DNA from: an uncultured SAR86 cluster bacterium | Lineage (GTDB): Bacteria > Pseudomonadota > Gammaproteobacteria > Magnimaribacterales > D2472 | DNA: 64,000 nucleotides | Assembly: GCA_902602595.1 (NCBI GenBank) | Contig: CACKRJ010000006.1 | Location: forward strand, 2,024 to 66,023 | Reading direction: 5' to 3' | Part shown: positions 1 to 10,144 of the stretch, one piece after another | Layout of the letters: every line of letters starts with the position of its first letter | How positions within the stretch are numbered: position 1 is the stretch's first letter | Notes under the pieces: generated by a model | Database searches by the model: none | Seen by the model: the letters and a program-made list of their open reading frames with translations, nothing else | Told to the model about the DNA's origin: nothing | Made by a program: the position numbers and the translations under genes

Positions 1-366
1 AGACTTCCTCAGGAGATAATATATTTGGAAGGTGACTTGGAGATTTTGGCGAACTGATTAATTCAAATGGAGAATTTGTAACCAAACCACTTTTTTTTAA
101 ATAACTAAAAAATCCCTTAGCGGAAGATATGTGTCTTTGAATAGATCGCGCACTAACATTTTGTTGGAAAAGGTCAGCAATCCATGCTGAACATATTTCT
201 TCTGTGAGGCTTTCAAAATCATTCACACTAGATTTTTTTAAAAATTTTGAAAATTTATTTAAATCTCTTTGATATGAGATTGTTGTGTTCTTGCTTAGGC
301 CTTTAATATTTTCTGAGAAATCTAAATAATTATAAATTAATGAGAAAAGAAAATACTTTTCATCAT
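1..366 (-). CDS. xerC: Tyrosine recombinase XerC, N-terminal part (runs off window start)
   Basis: Manual translation MMKSISF...GLSKNTTISYQRDL...SARSIQRHISSAKGFFSYL...SPFELISSPK...LPNILS matches the Xer N-terminal domain; canonical lysA-dapF-DUF484-xerC order. Confidence 0.85.
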
Positions 367-996
367 TCATGCCTCTTTTGACTCAAGGACCTTAACAATA
401 ATATCTCGAATGTACTCAATAAATGTTGTGTCTCCGTCACCAAGGTATTTGGTCGGTTCATTAGACCCCATTTTCAATAGGGCAAAACCTTTCTTTAATT
501 TCATCACGCTTATTACCGCAGATTTTATAGAGTCAGAAGAAAAGAACGCATCCATTTTTTCTCTGGATAAGGGCCCCATGAGAATCGCATCCTTGCTCAT
601 ACCTAATCCAGTTTTACTTTCAAGATCTTGTAATTCAGGGCCTGATAGAGCCTCTAAAATACATGAATCAATTTCAAAGTTTTTCTCAAAGAATGATTCA
701 ACGGTTTTTTTTACCTCATCAAAATTTTCAGATGCAATCAATGATAAGGTTAGATTTTTGGATTTAAAGAATAGCTCTTCATTTTCTTTTCCAGTTGAAA
801 CAAAACCTGAAAGCATATCCATAAGCCTTGATTGCTCGTCTCTTAGTTTGCGTATTTGCATTTCTAGCAGTGAAGTTGCGCCCTCTGTATCATGCTTAAA
901 GCTTAACTCGTTCACAAGAGATTCTCTGGAAAGAAAAAAATCAGTGTTTTCTAATAAGTAAAGTTCAATATCTTTTGCGTCTAGTTTTTTAGCCAT
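367..996 (-). CDS. DUF484 (YigA-like) protein
   Basis: YLLENTDFF...H...GATSLLEMQIRKLR motif; lies between dapF and xerC. Confidence 0.8.
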   Translation of the reverse strand: MAKKLDAKDIELYLLENTDFFLSRESLVNELSFKHDTEGATSLLEMQIRKLRDEQSRLMDMLSGFVSTGKENEELFFKSKNLTLSLIASENFDEVKKTVESFFEKNFEIDSCILEALSGPELQDLESKTGLGMSKDAILMGPLSREKMDAFFSSDSIKSAVISVMKLKKGFALLKMGSNEPTKYLGDGDTTFIEYIRDIIVKVLESKEA

Positions 997-1766
997 ATTC
1001 CCTCACAGATAAATTCAGCTGGCCCAGTCATTTCAAGCTTATCATTTATTTTTCTTAGGCTCAGCTCACCTCCAGCAGAAATAATTTTTACAGGCAATTT
1101 ATCATTGATATTAAAGCTTGCAGTTGCTGCAGAGGCCGAGCCACATGACAAGGTTTCACCAGCTCCAGCTTCATTGGTCCTAAGCTCAAGATTTTTTGAG
1201 TGTTTGGAAAATAAAGAAATATTTACACCTCTAAAAAACTTTCTTTGTCTTAGTTTTGAAGACAGCCCATCTAGGTCAAAAGAAAAGACTTTTGCTGTTT
1301 CTATAATTAAATGCTTATTGCCAGCATTGATAAATTTATATTTTTTTAAACCACATTTATCTAAAAACTGTGCCTCTGCTTTTGGCACCTCCTCTTGCAA
1401 TGGATAATCTATAATAACCTTAACCTTTTTAGAACCAGTTGGTGCAATTAACACAGGTTTAGATTTAGTGCCCAATAACAAAGATTTCTTTGGAGCAAGC
1501 TTAGATTCCCAAAGAAATGCTCCAACTGACCTTGCTCCATTTATACACATGTCAGCCTCTGAGCCATCTGAATTAAAAAATTTTACATAAAAATCATGGT
1601 CAGAATTTGTTGGCGGGTTTATAGTAATCAGCTGATCAAACCCAAGGCCTTTTTTTCGATCTCCTATCTTAATTATTTGAGATTTTGACAATGCATGCGC
1701 TTTGGTAAGATTCTCTAAGATAATAAAGTCATTGCCATTACCATGCATTTTTTTAAACTTGAGCAT
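981..1766 (-). CDS. dapF: Diaminopimelate epimerase
   Basis: FKKMHGNGNDF, GLGFDQL, FNSDGSEADMC, GETLSCGS; adjacent to lysA. Confidence 0.92.
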   Translation of the reverse strand: MLKFKKMHGNGNDFIILENLTKAHALSKSQIIKIGDRKKGLGFDQLITINPPTNSDHDFYVKFFNSDGSEADMCINGARSVGAFLWESKLAPKKSLLLGTKSKPVLIAPTGSKKVKVIIDYPLQEEVPKAEAQFLDKCGLKKYKFINAGNKHLIIETAKVFSFDLDGLSSKLRQRKFFRGVNISLFSKHSKNLELRTNEAGAGETLSCGSASAATASFNINDKLPVKIISAGGELSLRKINDKLEMTGPAEFICEGIWLKN

Positions 1767-2997
1767 CTAATCCCTCTTCAAGAGCAGTGAGCGAAGAGTA
1801 ATCCTCTCTTTTTCTTATCAAATAGAATTTATCTTTGTCGACAATAATTTCAGCAGCCCTAGGTCTTGAATTGTAGTTTGAGCTCATAACAAAACCATAT
1901 GCACCGACAGTCTTAATAGCCAACAAATCTCCTTTAGAGCTCTCGCTATCAATATTTTTTGCTAAGAAGTCTCCTGTTTCACAGATAGGACCCACAAGAT
2001 TAACAGTGGACTGCATGACCCCATTATTTTTTTTTACAGGCCAAACATCATGATGCGCCTGATAGAGAGCAGGCCGCAATAAATCATTCATTGCAGCATC
2101 AGCAATTAGAAAGTCATTTTTTTTGTATTCAATTCTAGTGAGCATGACTCCAGCATTAGCTGAAATAGATCGCCCTGGCTCAAGTATCAGTCTTTCTTTC
2201 CTCCCAGAAAATATTTTTTCATAACATTGAATTAATTCAATTGGCTGAACAGTTTCCTCACCCACATAGTTGACTCCCAGGCCGCCACCCATGTCTATAA
2301 AGTCTAAATTTATGTTTAGTTTCTCAAGCTCAATTAAAAGTTCTAAAGCTTGGCTAGCAGCCTCTTCAAAGCTATTGAGCTCCATAATTTGCGATCCAAT
2401 ATGGCATGTTAAGCCTACAAGGTTAAGATTGCTGTTTTCGCTACACTTTTTAACTATATCTTTTGCAGCTTCAATGCTCACACCAAACTTGTCAGATTTT
2501 CTGCCAGTTTTTGTAAATTCGTGAATGCCAGCATCTATATTTGGATTAAACCTTATTGCTACAGGAGCTATTTTTTTCATTTCTCCAGCAACCTCGCTAA
2601 GCTGATCAAGCTCTTCCTCAGACTCTATATTAAAAGAGAGGATGTTATTTTGAATGCCTGCCATCATTTCAATTTTTGATTTTCCAACCCCTGAAAAAAT
2701 AATTTTTTTCGGATCTGCTCCTGCTAAAAGCACCCTATGAAGCTCACCACCAGAAACAATATCGAATCCGCAACCAGCATTTTTTAGAGTTTTTAAAATT
2801 GAGATATTTGATAATGCTTTTACTGAAAAACACACAAGTCCATCCATTGACTGGAATGAATTTATGTATGCTTTAGCATGTCTTTCAAGTGTAGCTTTGC
2901 TATAAACAAAGGTTGGTGTTCCATATCGGTCTGCCACATCTTTTAATGGAACTTCCTCAGCGAATAGCTCATCTTCTTTGTAATGAAAGTGGTCCAT
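1753..2997 (-). CDS. lysA: Diaminopimelate decarboxylase
   Basis: YGTPTFVYS, FSVKA (PLP Lys), HIGSQI, EPGRS, GPICETGD, SNYNSRPR. Confidence 0.97.
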   Translation of the reverse strand: MDHFHYKEDELFAEEVPLKDVADRYGTPTFVYSKATLERHAKAYINSFQSMDGLVCFSVKALSNISILKTLKNAGCGFDIVSGGELHRVLLAGADPKKIIFSGVGKSKIEMMAGIQNNILSFNIESEEELDQLSEVAGEMKKIAPVAIRFNPNIDAGIHEFTKTGRKSDKFGVSIEAAKDIVKKCSENSNLNLVGLTCHIGSQIMELNSFEEAASQALELLIELEKLNINLDFIDMGGGLGVNYVGEETVQPIELIQCYEKIFSGRKERLILEPGRSISANAGVMLTRIEYKKNDFLIADAAMNDLLRPALYQAHHDVWPVKKNNGVMQSTVNLVGPICETGDFLAKNIDSESSKGDLLAIKTVGAYGFVMSSNYNSRPRAAEIIVDKDKFYLIRKREDYSSLTALEEGLDAQV

Positions 2998-3005
2998 AAA
3001 GGAGT

Positions 3006-3107
3006 TTAAATATTAAAGAGAGTTTCAGAAGGTATCGGCGCTTTCATTCCACAACCTATTACGATAAAAGAAACTAATGCTAAAAATAAAAATAGGCGAA
3101 CTTTCAT
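3006..3107 (-). CDS. lptM: Small lipoprotein, LptM/YifL-like (33 aa; absent from ORF track)
   Basis: Manual translation MKVRLFLFLALVSFIVIGCGMKAPIPSETLFNI*: signal peptide, lipobox VIG-C, CGxKxP motif; conserved position upstream of lysA/dapF. Confidence 0.7.
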   Translation of the reverse strand: MKVRLFLFLALVSFIVIGCGMKAPIPSETLFNI

Positions 3108-3116
3108 TCGCCTATT
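3082..3116 (-). terminator. Intrinsic terminator of metK-ahcY
   Basis: Minus strand AATAGGCGAA-TGAAAG-TTCGCCTATT followed by TTTATTTTT; perfect 10-bp stem about 35 nt after the ahcY stop. Confidence 0.7.
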
Positions 3117-3151
3117 ATGAGTAATTTATTAGAAAAAAACTAATTAGATTA

Positions 3152-4546
3152 TTAGTATTTGTATTCTTCTTCTTTAAATGGTCCTTCAACAGGCACATTA
3201 ATATACTCAGCCTGCTCACCTGTTAATTTTGTTATTGTACCTCCAAATCCTTGAACCATTAGTTCCGCAACCTCTTCATCTAATTTCTTAGGAAGCACTT
3301 TAACAGTTAACATTTCTTTCTGCTTATCTTCATCATTAACATTTGCAAAGCCCTGTTGATATAGATACATTTGAGCCAGAACTTGATTAGCGAAAGATCC
3401 ATCCATGATTCTGCTTGGATGACCTGTTGCATTGCCTAGGTTAACAAGTCTGCCTTCAGCTAAAAGAATAATATAGTTTTTGCTTTGTAGGTCTGGAGTT
3501 TCTGATGGCGAAGTATCTCTAAATACTCTATGAACTTGAGGTTTTATTTCCTCCCAATACCATTTATCTCGCATGAATTGAGTGTCTATTTCATTATCAA
3601 AGTGACCTATATTGCAAATTACCGCAGTATTTTTTACTGATCGCAACATTGCTTCATCGCAAACATTTACATTTCCAGTAGTTGTTACAATAAGATCGGT
3701 ATCTTCAAGCACGGCTAGGTTAATATCCTTTAAATCTCTTGTGACAACACCATTATTGTAACTTGAAACAACCTCAAACCCATCCATGCAGGCTTGCATT
3801 GCACATATTGGGTCAGATTCAACAACTCTAACAATCATTCCTTCTTGAGCAAGACTTAGAGCAGACCCTTTGCCCACATCTCCATATCCAATAACTAATG
3901 CTTTTTTTGAAGAAAGAAACATATCAGTTCCTCTTTTAATTGCATCGTTCAAACTATGTCTGCATCCATATTTGTTATCATTTTTAGATTTAGTTACTGA
4001 ATCATTTACATTAATTGCGGGTACTTTTAGGCTATTGCTCTCAAGCATTGCTTTAAGTCTATGAACCCCGGTAGTTGTTTCCTCAGAAATGCCATGAATA
4101 TTTTCAAGCATGTCTGGAAATTTAGTGTGAACCATATGAGTAAGATCTCCCCCATCATCAAGTATCATATTTGCATCCCATGGTTTACCATCCTGAACTA
4201 TTGTTTGCTCAATACACCAGTCAAACTCTTCATCAGTTTGCCCTTTCCATGCAAAGACAGGAATTCCAGCTGCGGCTATTGCAGCTGCTGCGTGATCCTG
4301 TGTTGAGAAAATATTGCATCCAGACCAGCGAACTTCTGCGCCCAGATCTACTAAAGTCTCTATTAATACAGCTGTTTGGATGGTCATGTGGATACAGCCC
4401 ATAACTTTTGCTCCCTTCAAAGGCTGAGCATCTTTATATTTAGTTCTCAGTGCCATTAAAGCTGGCATTTCATTTTCAGCTAAAGATATTTCTCTTCTGC
4501 CAAAATCTGCAAGACTCATATCCGCTACTTTATAGTCATTTTCCAT
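3152..4546 (-). CDS. ahcY: Adenosylhomocysteinase (SAH hydrolase)
   Basis: [50 protein letters not shown]. Confidence 0.98.
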   Translation of the reverse strand: MENDYKVADMSLADFGRREISLAENEMPALMALRTKYKDAQPLKGAKVMGCIHMTIQTAVLIETLVDLGAEVRWSGCNIFSTQDHAAAAIAAAGIPVFAWKGQTDEEFDWCIEQTIVQDGKPWDANMILDDGGDLTHMVHTKFPDMLENIHGISEETTTGVHRLKAMLESNSLKVPAINVNDSVTKSKNDNKYGCRHSLNDAIKRGTDMFLSSKKALVIGYGDVGKGSALSLAQEGMIVRVVESDPICAMQACMDGFEVVSSYNNGVVTRDLKDINLAVLEDTDLIVTTTGNVNVCDEAMLRSVKNTAVICNIGHFDNEIDTQFMRDKWYWEEIKPQVHRVFRDTSPSETPDLQSKNYIILLAEGRLVNLGNATGHPSRIMDGSFANQVLAQMYLYQQGFANVNDEDKQKEMLTVKVLPKKLDEEVAELMVQGFGGTITKLTGEQAEYINVPVEGPFKEEEYKY

Positions 4547-4625
4547 TACTTACTCCAGTAAATTTAAGCGTGCATTCTACATAAAATAAATGTGTAAATG
4601 CACTCTAGTTTTAAAAAACCAGTTT

Positions 4626-5780
4626 TTATTTTGAAATTTGATCTGCTTTATCTGTTTTTTCCCAAGTTAGATCAATATCAGATCTTCCAAAGTGCCCATA
4701 TGCTGCAGTTGGGAGATATATAGGTCGCTTTAGATCCAGCATATTAATTAAACTTTTTGGTCTTAAGTCAAACTCTTCCTCTACAATCTTTACAATTGCT
4801 TCTTTTGATATTTTTTCACTATTGAAAGTTTCAACATGTATCGATGTTGGTTTCGCAACTCCAATAGCATATGAAACTTGAATCTCACAATAATCAGCAA
4901 GCCCCGCAGCCACAATATTCTTTGCAACGTATCTAGAAGCATAAGCAGCAGACCTATCTACTTTAGATGGATCTTTTCCGGAGAAAGCACCTCCTCCATG
5001 ACGAGCCATACCTCCATAAGTATCTACAATTATTTTTCTTCCAGTGAGACCGCAATCACCTACAGGACCCCCAATAACAAATTTACCTGTCGGATTAATA
5101 AAAATATTTGTTGAATCAAGAATCCATTCCTCTGGCACAATGGGTTTAATAATCTTATCCATTACTTCAGTTTTGATCTCTTCTTGAGTTACATCCTCAT
5201 CATGTTGGGTTGAGAGAACAACAGCAGAGAGGCCTTCAATGGTTTTGCCATCATCAGAGTAAATTACGCTCACCTGACTCTTTGCATCAGGTCTCAGCCA
5301 TTTAATTTCTCCACTCTTCATGACATCAGCCTGTTTTTTGACCAGTCTGTGAGAAAGATCGATTGGGAGCGGCATTAATGAGTCTGTTTCAGTGCAGGCA
5401 TATCCAAACATTAATCCCTGATCACCTGCTCCCTGTTCTAAATTTTCACCTTCTCCCTCAGTGACGCCCTGAGATATGTCGGGGGATTGCTCAAAGACGA
5501 GATTAGTAAACTCGCATGTATCTCCATTAAACCCATACTCATCATTGTTGTAACCGATATCATTAATTGTTTTTCTTACAACAGGCTCAAGATCCGGGCT
5601 TCCTAAAGACGTAATCTCTCCAGCTATAAAGACCATATTATTTTTAATCATGGTTTCGCATGCAACTCTGCTGTTAGGATCTTCAGCTAAATATGCATCC
5701 AAGATCGCATCAGAGATTTGATCGCAAACTTTGTCAGGATGGCCTCCAGAGACCGATTCAGATGTAAAGATATAACTCAT
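4626..5780 (-). CDS. metK: S-adenosylmethionine synthetase
   Basis: [33 protein letters not shown]. Confidence 0.99.
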   Translation of the reverse strand: MSYIFTSESVSGGHPDKVCDQISDAILDAYLAEDPNSRVACETMIKNNMVFIAGEITSLGSPDLEPVVRKTINDIGYNNDEYGFNGDTCEFTNLVFEQSPDISQGVTEGEGENLEQGAGDQGLMFGYACTETDSLMPLPIDLSHRLVKKQADVMKSGEIKWLRPDAKSQVSVIYSDDGKTIEGLSAVVLSTQHDEDVTQEEIKTEVMDKIIKPIVPEEWILDSTNIFINPTGKFVIGGPVGDCGLTGRKIIVDTYGGMARHGGGAFSGKDPSKVDRSAAYASRYVAKNIVAAGLADYCEIQVSYAIGVAKPTSIHVETFNSEKISKEAIVKIVEEEFDLRPKSLINMLDLKRPIYLPTAAYGHFGRSDIDLTWEKTDKADQISK

Positions 5781-5833
5781 AATTTCTTCAATAATTTAGT
5801 AATAAAGTTTTAATTTTTCACCAAAATTTGGCG

Positions 5834-5879
5834 TCCTATTTAGCAGTTTGAGCATGCAATCAGGAACAAATCACTTCTA
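5834..5879 (-). promoter_or_regulatory. SAM-II-type riboswitch aptamer (SAM-II/SAM-V clan) in metK leader
   Basis: Minus-strand RNA UAGAAGU-GAUUUGUU-CCUGAUUGC-AUGCUCAAACU-GCUAAAUAGGA has the GAUUU loop, UUGC and GCUAAA..GG pseudoknot elements of SAM-II; lies upstream of metK; P1 is weak. Confidence 0.65.
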
Positions 5880-5981
5880 AAAAGAGAATCTTAGTTGTTT
5901 TACAAAATAAACTCAAATATACCTATAAAAAATTATAGTCACATATTATGATTAATATGTCCTAAAACTATTTGCTCAAAA

Positions 5982-7973
5982 ATGCATAAAGAACTTGCAA
6001 ACGCTATAAGGTTTTTATCCATAGATGCTGTCCAAGCAGCTAAATGTGGTCATCCTGGAATGCCCATGGGGATGGCTGATATAGCTGTGGCGCTTTGGAA
6101 ATATAACTTAAAACATAATCCCAATGATCCAAACTGGTTTAATAGAGATAGATTTGTTTTATCAAATGGACATGGTTCAATGTTGTTATACAGTCTTCTT
6201 CATTTGACTGGCTATAATTTAAGCATTGAAGACCTAAAAAACTTTAGACAGATCGGCTCCAAAACGCCTGGCCATCCAGAATTAGATATTGAAACAGGAG
6301 TGGAAACAACAACTGGACCTCTAGGTCAAGGTATTGGAAATGCGGTGGGGATGGCGTTGGCTGAGAAAGTGTTGGCAAGCAAGTTTAATCAAGCAGATGG
6401 ATTGCAACCAATTGATCACTATACATATACCTTTCTTGGTGATGGCTGTTTAATGGAGGGGGTTTCTCATGAGGTTTGCTCTTTTGCAGGCACTCACGGG
6501 TTAGGAAAATTAATTTGTTTTTATGATCAAAATGGAATCTCAATTGATGGAGAGATAACTAACTGGTTTACAGATAATACTGTCCAAAGATTTGAAAGTT
6601 ATGATTGGCAGGTGCTTGAAGTAGACGGCCACAATATAGATCAAATTTTAGATGCTATAAAAAATGCACAAGCAGAATCAAATCAACCAACCTTAATTTG
6701 TTGTAAGACTGAAATTGGGTTTGGATCGCCAAATAAAGCAGGAACGTCAGGTGTACATGGGTCTCCTTTAGGTGATGAGGAGATTACAAAAACAAGAGAT
6801 CAGCTGGGATGGGAGCATGGCCCTTTTGATATTCCTGAGAACATCAAATCTGAATGGGATGCTAAAGAGAATGGTTCTAAAATTAATTCCGAATGGGATG
6901 CGCTAATGGATGAATATTCTAAAAAACATCCAGAGCTTTTTAATGAACTAGAGCGATTAATCAATAATAAATTGCCTAATGACTTTGAAAGAAATTATGA
7001 AGATTTTCTTGAAGAATTAGTTGCAGCCGATCAAAAAGATATGGCAACACGGAAAGCCTCAGAGGTTTGCTTGAACTTCTTTTGCGAACAGCTTCCTGAG
7101 CTTATTGGCGGATCAGCCGATTTGACTGGATCAAATAATACTTTTTCTTCAGCTAGCTCCGAATTACTCCCTAAAAATCCTCAAGGAAATCATATTTTTT
7201 ATGGGGTAAGAGAGTTTGGAATGACGGCAATTATGAATGGAATGCTTTTGCATGGAGGAATGAAACCATATGGTGGAACATTTTTAGTCTTTATGGATTA
7301 CGCTAGGAATGCTGTTAGGTTGGCTGCACTTATGGAGATTCCTAATATTTTTGTATATACCCATGATTCTATTGGACTGGGAGAAGATGGGCCAACTCAT
7401 CAACCAGTTGAGCATCTTGTAACTCTTAGGGCAACTCCAAACTTAAATAATTGGAGACCATCAGATATTATTGAGACTGCGGTCGGATGGAAAGAAGCAA
7501 TAACTTCTTTAAAGACTCCGCATAGTCTCATCTTATCAAGGCAAAATTTACCAAATATTCAAAGACACAAAGATCAAATTGCTCAGATAGAAAATGGAGG
7601 CTATTTGCTTTCTCATGAGGAGAATGCTGATATAACGCTCATTGCATCAGGCAGCGAGGTTCAGTTGATTTTAGCTGTTGCCAAATCAATCCAAGAAGAA
7701 GGATTCAAGGTAAATGTAGTATCTATGCCATGCCTTGATAAGTTCTACCAGCAGGATAAGACATATAGAGATAATGTTGTGGATCCCATGATACCGAAGC
7801 TTGTTGTAGAAGCCCTGCATCCTGATTCTTGGCATGGTTTGCTCAATCTTGCTGATACTGTTATTGGTATGAATACTTTCGGTGAAAGTGCTCCAGCAGA
7901 TGAATTGATGGCAAAGTTTGGTTTTACAGAAAATAATATTATTACCGAAGCAAAAAAACTACTTTTAAAATGA
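5982..7973 (+). CDS. tkt: Transketolase
   Basis: GHPGMPMG, RDRFVLSNGHGSM, GDGCLMEG, YGVREFGM, GEDGPTHQP. Confidence 0.98.
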   Translation: MHKELANAIRFLSIDAVQAAKCGHPGMPMGMADIAVALWKYNLKHNPNDPNWFNRDRFVLSNGHGSMLLYSLLHLTGYNLSIEDLKNFRQIGSKTPGHPELDIETGVETTTGPLGQGIGNAVGMALAEKVLASKFNQADGLQPIDHYTYTFLGDGCLMEGVSHEVCSFAGTHGLGKLICFYDQNGISIDGEITNWFTDNTVQRFESYDWQVLEVDGHNIDQILDAIKNAQAESNQPTLICCKTEIGFGSPNKAGTSGVHGSPLGDEEITKTRDQLGWEHGPFDIPENIKSEWDAKENGSKINSEWDALMDEYSKKHPELFNELERLINNKLPNDFERNYEDFLEELVAADQKDMATRKASEVCLNFFCEQLPELIGGSADLTGSNNTFSSASSELLPKNPQGNHIFYGVREFGMTAIMNGMLLHGGMKPYGGTFLVFMDYARNAVRLAALMEIPNIFVYTHDSIGLGEDGPTHQPVEHLVTLRATPNLNNWRPSDIIETAVGWKEAITSLKTPHSLILSRQNLPNIQRHKDQIAQIENGGYLLSHEENADITLIASGSEVQLILAVAKSIQEEGFKVNVVSMPCLDKFYQQDKTYRDNVVDPMIPKLVVEALHPDSWHGLLNLADTVIGMNTFGESAPADELMAKFGFTENNIITEAKKLLLK

Positions 7974-9106
7974 GGAAATTGGGCGATACAGATGTCTTTA
8001 ATAAGACGATCGCTCTTAGAGTGGATTTAAATGTTCCTATAAAAGACGGCAAGGTTTTGGACGACACTAGAATTCTTTCAATCACTTCAACCCTTCAATA
8101 CCTTAGAAAACAACAATCAAAAATAGTTATGATTTCTCATTTTGGAAGGCCAAAGCCAGGAATTTTTGACGAAAAATTTTCATTGCTTCCTGTGGCCAAA
8201 AGACTTGAAGAAATTTTCAATACGACGGTCCCATTATTTCAATCCTTAAAAGATGTTAATTTTGATAATGAAATTTCTTTGATTGAAAATATTCGATTTT
8301 TGCCAGGCGAGGTTGATAATGATGCAGATCTATCTAGGCAACTTTCTGATTTAGCTGATGTATATATTTTTGATGCTTTTGGAACATCCCATCGTGTTCA
8401 TGCTTCAACTTTTGGTGCTATTAATTCATCTAAAGTCTCTTGTTCTGGGCTTTTGTTAGAGGAAGAGATAAATTCATTAATAACAGCAATGGACTCTGAA
8501 GAAACCCCAGCCCTATCTATAGTAGGGGGCTCGAAAGTGTCTTCAAAATTAGATGTCATCAAAAGTCTCCTAAATGTTTCAAATGAAGTGCTGACCGGAG
8601 GTGGCATCACAAATACTTTTTTAAAAGCGAGTGGAAACAACATAGGGATTTCACTTTTTGAGGACTCTATGATTGAGCATGCTAAAGGCCTGCTTGCAAC
8701 TGACAAAATATTATTGCCAGAAGAAGTGGTTGTAAGTAAAAGCATTGATTCAAGTGAATCAAGGGTGTGTGGAATTGATGCCGTTCAAGATGATGAGATG
8801 ATACTTGACCAAATTCTAAGCCCAAAAGCCTTTGAAAAGATTTTTAAGGCAAAAAAAATTATTTGGAATGGGCCTGTTGGTGTATTTGAGCAAGAACTTT
8901 TCTCAAAAGGGACCCAACAACTTGCTGAGGCAATTGCATCTTCAAATGCTTATAGTTTAGCTGGAGGTGGAGAAACTCTTCTAGCTATTAAAATGTTTAT
9001 AGATAAGAGTAATATCTCTTATTGTTCAACTGGTGGCGGTGCTTTTCTTGAATTTATGGAGGGAAAAGCGCTACCATCATTGTCTGCCCTGGGCTTTAAA
9101 TTTTGA
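7970..9106 (+). CDS. pgk: Phosphoglycerate kinase
   Basis: RVDLNVP, SHFGRP, DAFGTSHR, WNGPVGVFE, STGGGAFLE. Confidence 0.97.
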   Translation: MRKLGDTDVFNKTIALRVDLNVPIKDGKVLDDTRILSITSTLQYLRKQQSKIVMISHFGRPKPGIFDEKFSLLPVAKRLEEIFNTTVPLFQSLKDVNFDNEISLIENIRFLPGEVDNDADLSRQLSDLADVYIFDAFGTSHRVHASTFGAINSSKVSCSGLLLEEEINSLITAMDSEETPALSIVGGSKVSSKLDVIKSLLNVSNEVLTGGGITNTFLKASGNNIGISLFEDSMIEHAKGLLATDKILLPEEVVVSKSIDSSESRVCGIDAVQDDEMILDQILSPKAFEKIFKAKKIIWNGPVGVFEQELFSKGTQQLAEAIASSNAYSLAGGGETLLAIKMFIDKSNISYCSTGGGAFLEFMEGKALPSLSALGFKF

Positions 9107-9119
9107 AAAGGAGAGAACC

Positions 9120-10133
9120 ATGTCATTGAATACACTAGAAGAAATAGCTAATTATATTGTCTCAGATGGAAAAGGAATTCTTGCAGCTGATGAAAGCAAT
9201 CCTACTTGTGGCAAGCGTTTTGACTCGATAGGCGTCGAATCTACAGAAATTAACAGACGTGATTACAGAGAAATGCTGTTCAGAGCTGATGGGATGAAAG
9301 ACAACATAGGCGGAGTTATCTTATTTGATGAAACAATTAGACAAAGTGCTGAAGATAGTACTCCATTGGTTGAATTAATTAAAAATCAAGGAGCCGTGCC
9401 TGGCATTAAAGTTGATAAGGGTCTAGCCCCATTAGAATCTTCTCCTGAGGAAACAGTTACGCAGGGCCTAGATGGTCTTGATGAGAGATGTAGAGAATAC
9501 GTTTCATTAGGAGCAAAATTTACTAAGTGGAGAGCAGTTATTAAGATATCTGAGAGCTTGCCAACAGATGAATGTATTGAAGCAAATATGCAGGCGCTAG
9601 CCAAATACGCGAAGATTGTTCAAAATAATAATATGGTTCCTATGGTAGAGCCTGAAGTTTTAATGGATGGAAGTCATTCAATTGATCAATGCTATGAAGC
9701 AACTAGCAAATCTTTAAAGTCACTTTTTGAATGTTTAAAGGATGAAGGAGTCAATATTGCTGGAACTATCTTAAAACCAAATATGGTTACCTCAGGATCA
9801 ACTGCAGAGATCCAAGCATCGGTTCAAGAGGTAGCTGAGATGACTGTTAAATGTCTTAATGAGAATGTTCCTTCAGATCTTCCTGGTATAACTTTCCTTT
9901 CAGGCGGTCAATCTGACGTTGATGCTACTGCTCATTTAGATGCGATGAATAAGATCGGTGGTTTTCCGTGGAAGCTAAGTTTCTCCTACGGAAGAGCTTT
10001 ACAACAACCATCTTTGAAAGCTTGGCTTGGCAAGAAAGAAAATGTTTCTCTCGCCCAAGATGCTCTTTCTCATAGAGCTTTAATGAATAAGCTTGCCGCT
10101 AATGGTGCTTGGGATTCTGGCCTAGAAAACTAA
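9120..10133 (+). CDS. Class I fructose-bisphosphate aldolase
   Basis: GKGILAADES, GIKVDKG, KWRAV, PMVEPEVL, LKPNMV, FLSGGQS, SFSYGRALQ; start moved to ATG 9120 after GGAGAG RBS. Confidence 0.95.
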   Translation: MSLNTLEEIANYIVSDGKGILAADESNPTCGKRFDSIGVESTEINRRDYREMLFRADGMKDNIGGVILFDETIRQSAEDSTPLVELIKNQGAVPGIKVDKGLAPLESSPEETVTQGLDGLDERCREYVSLGAKFTKWRAVIKISESLPTDECIEANMQALAKYAKIVQNNNMVPMVEPEVLMDGSHSIDQCYEATSKSLKSLFECLKDEGVNIAGTILKPNMVTSGSTAEIQASVQEVAEMTVKCLNENVPSDLPGITFLSGGQSDVDATAHLDAMNKIGGFPWKLSFSYGRALQQPSLKAWLGKKENVSLAQDALSHRALMNKLAANGAWDSGLEN

Positions 10134-10144
10134 GCCTTGTTCTT

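Noticed and set aside
1-366. Tyrosine recombinase as sign of a prophage or island
   Set aside because: Sits in the canonical dapF-DUF484-xerC housekeeping context; no phage genes or att repeats seen
410-961. 183-aa plus-strand ORF and the many similar short ORFs in the track
   Set aside because: Antisense or alternate-frame shadows of well-supported genes with no recognisable motifs
4547-4625. SAH riboswitch upstream of ahcY
   Set aside because: The conserved GAGGAGCG/CAGGCUC/CGCUC elements are absent
9033-9119. N-terminal extension of the aldolase in the ORF track
   Set aside because: Overlaps the pgk end; a strong RBS supports ATG 9120
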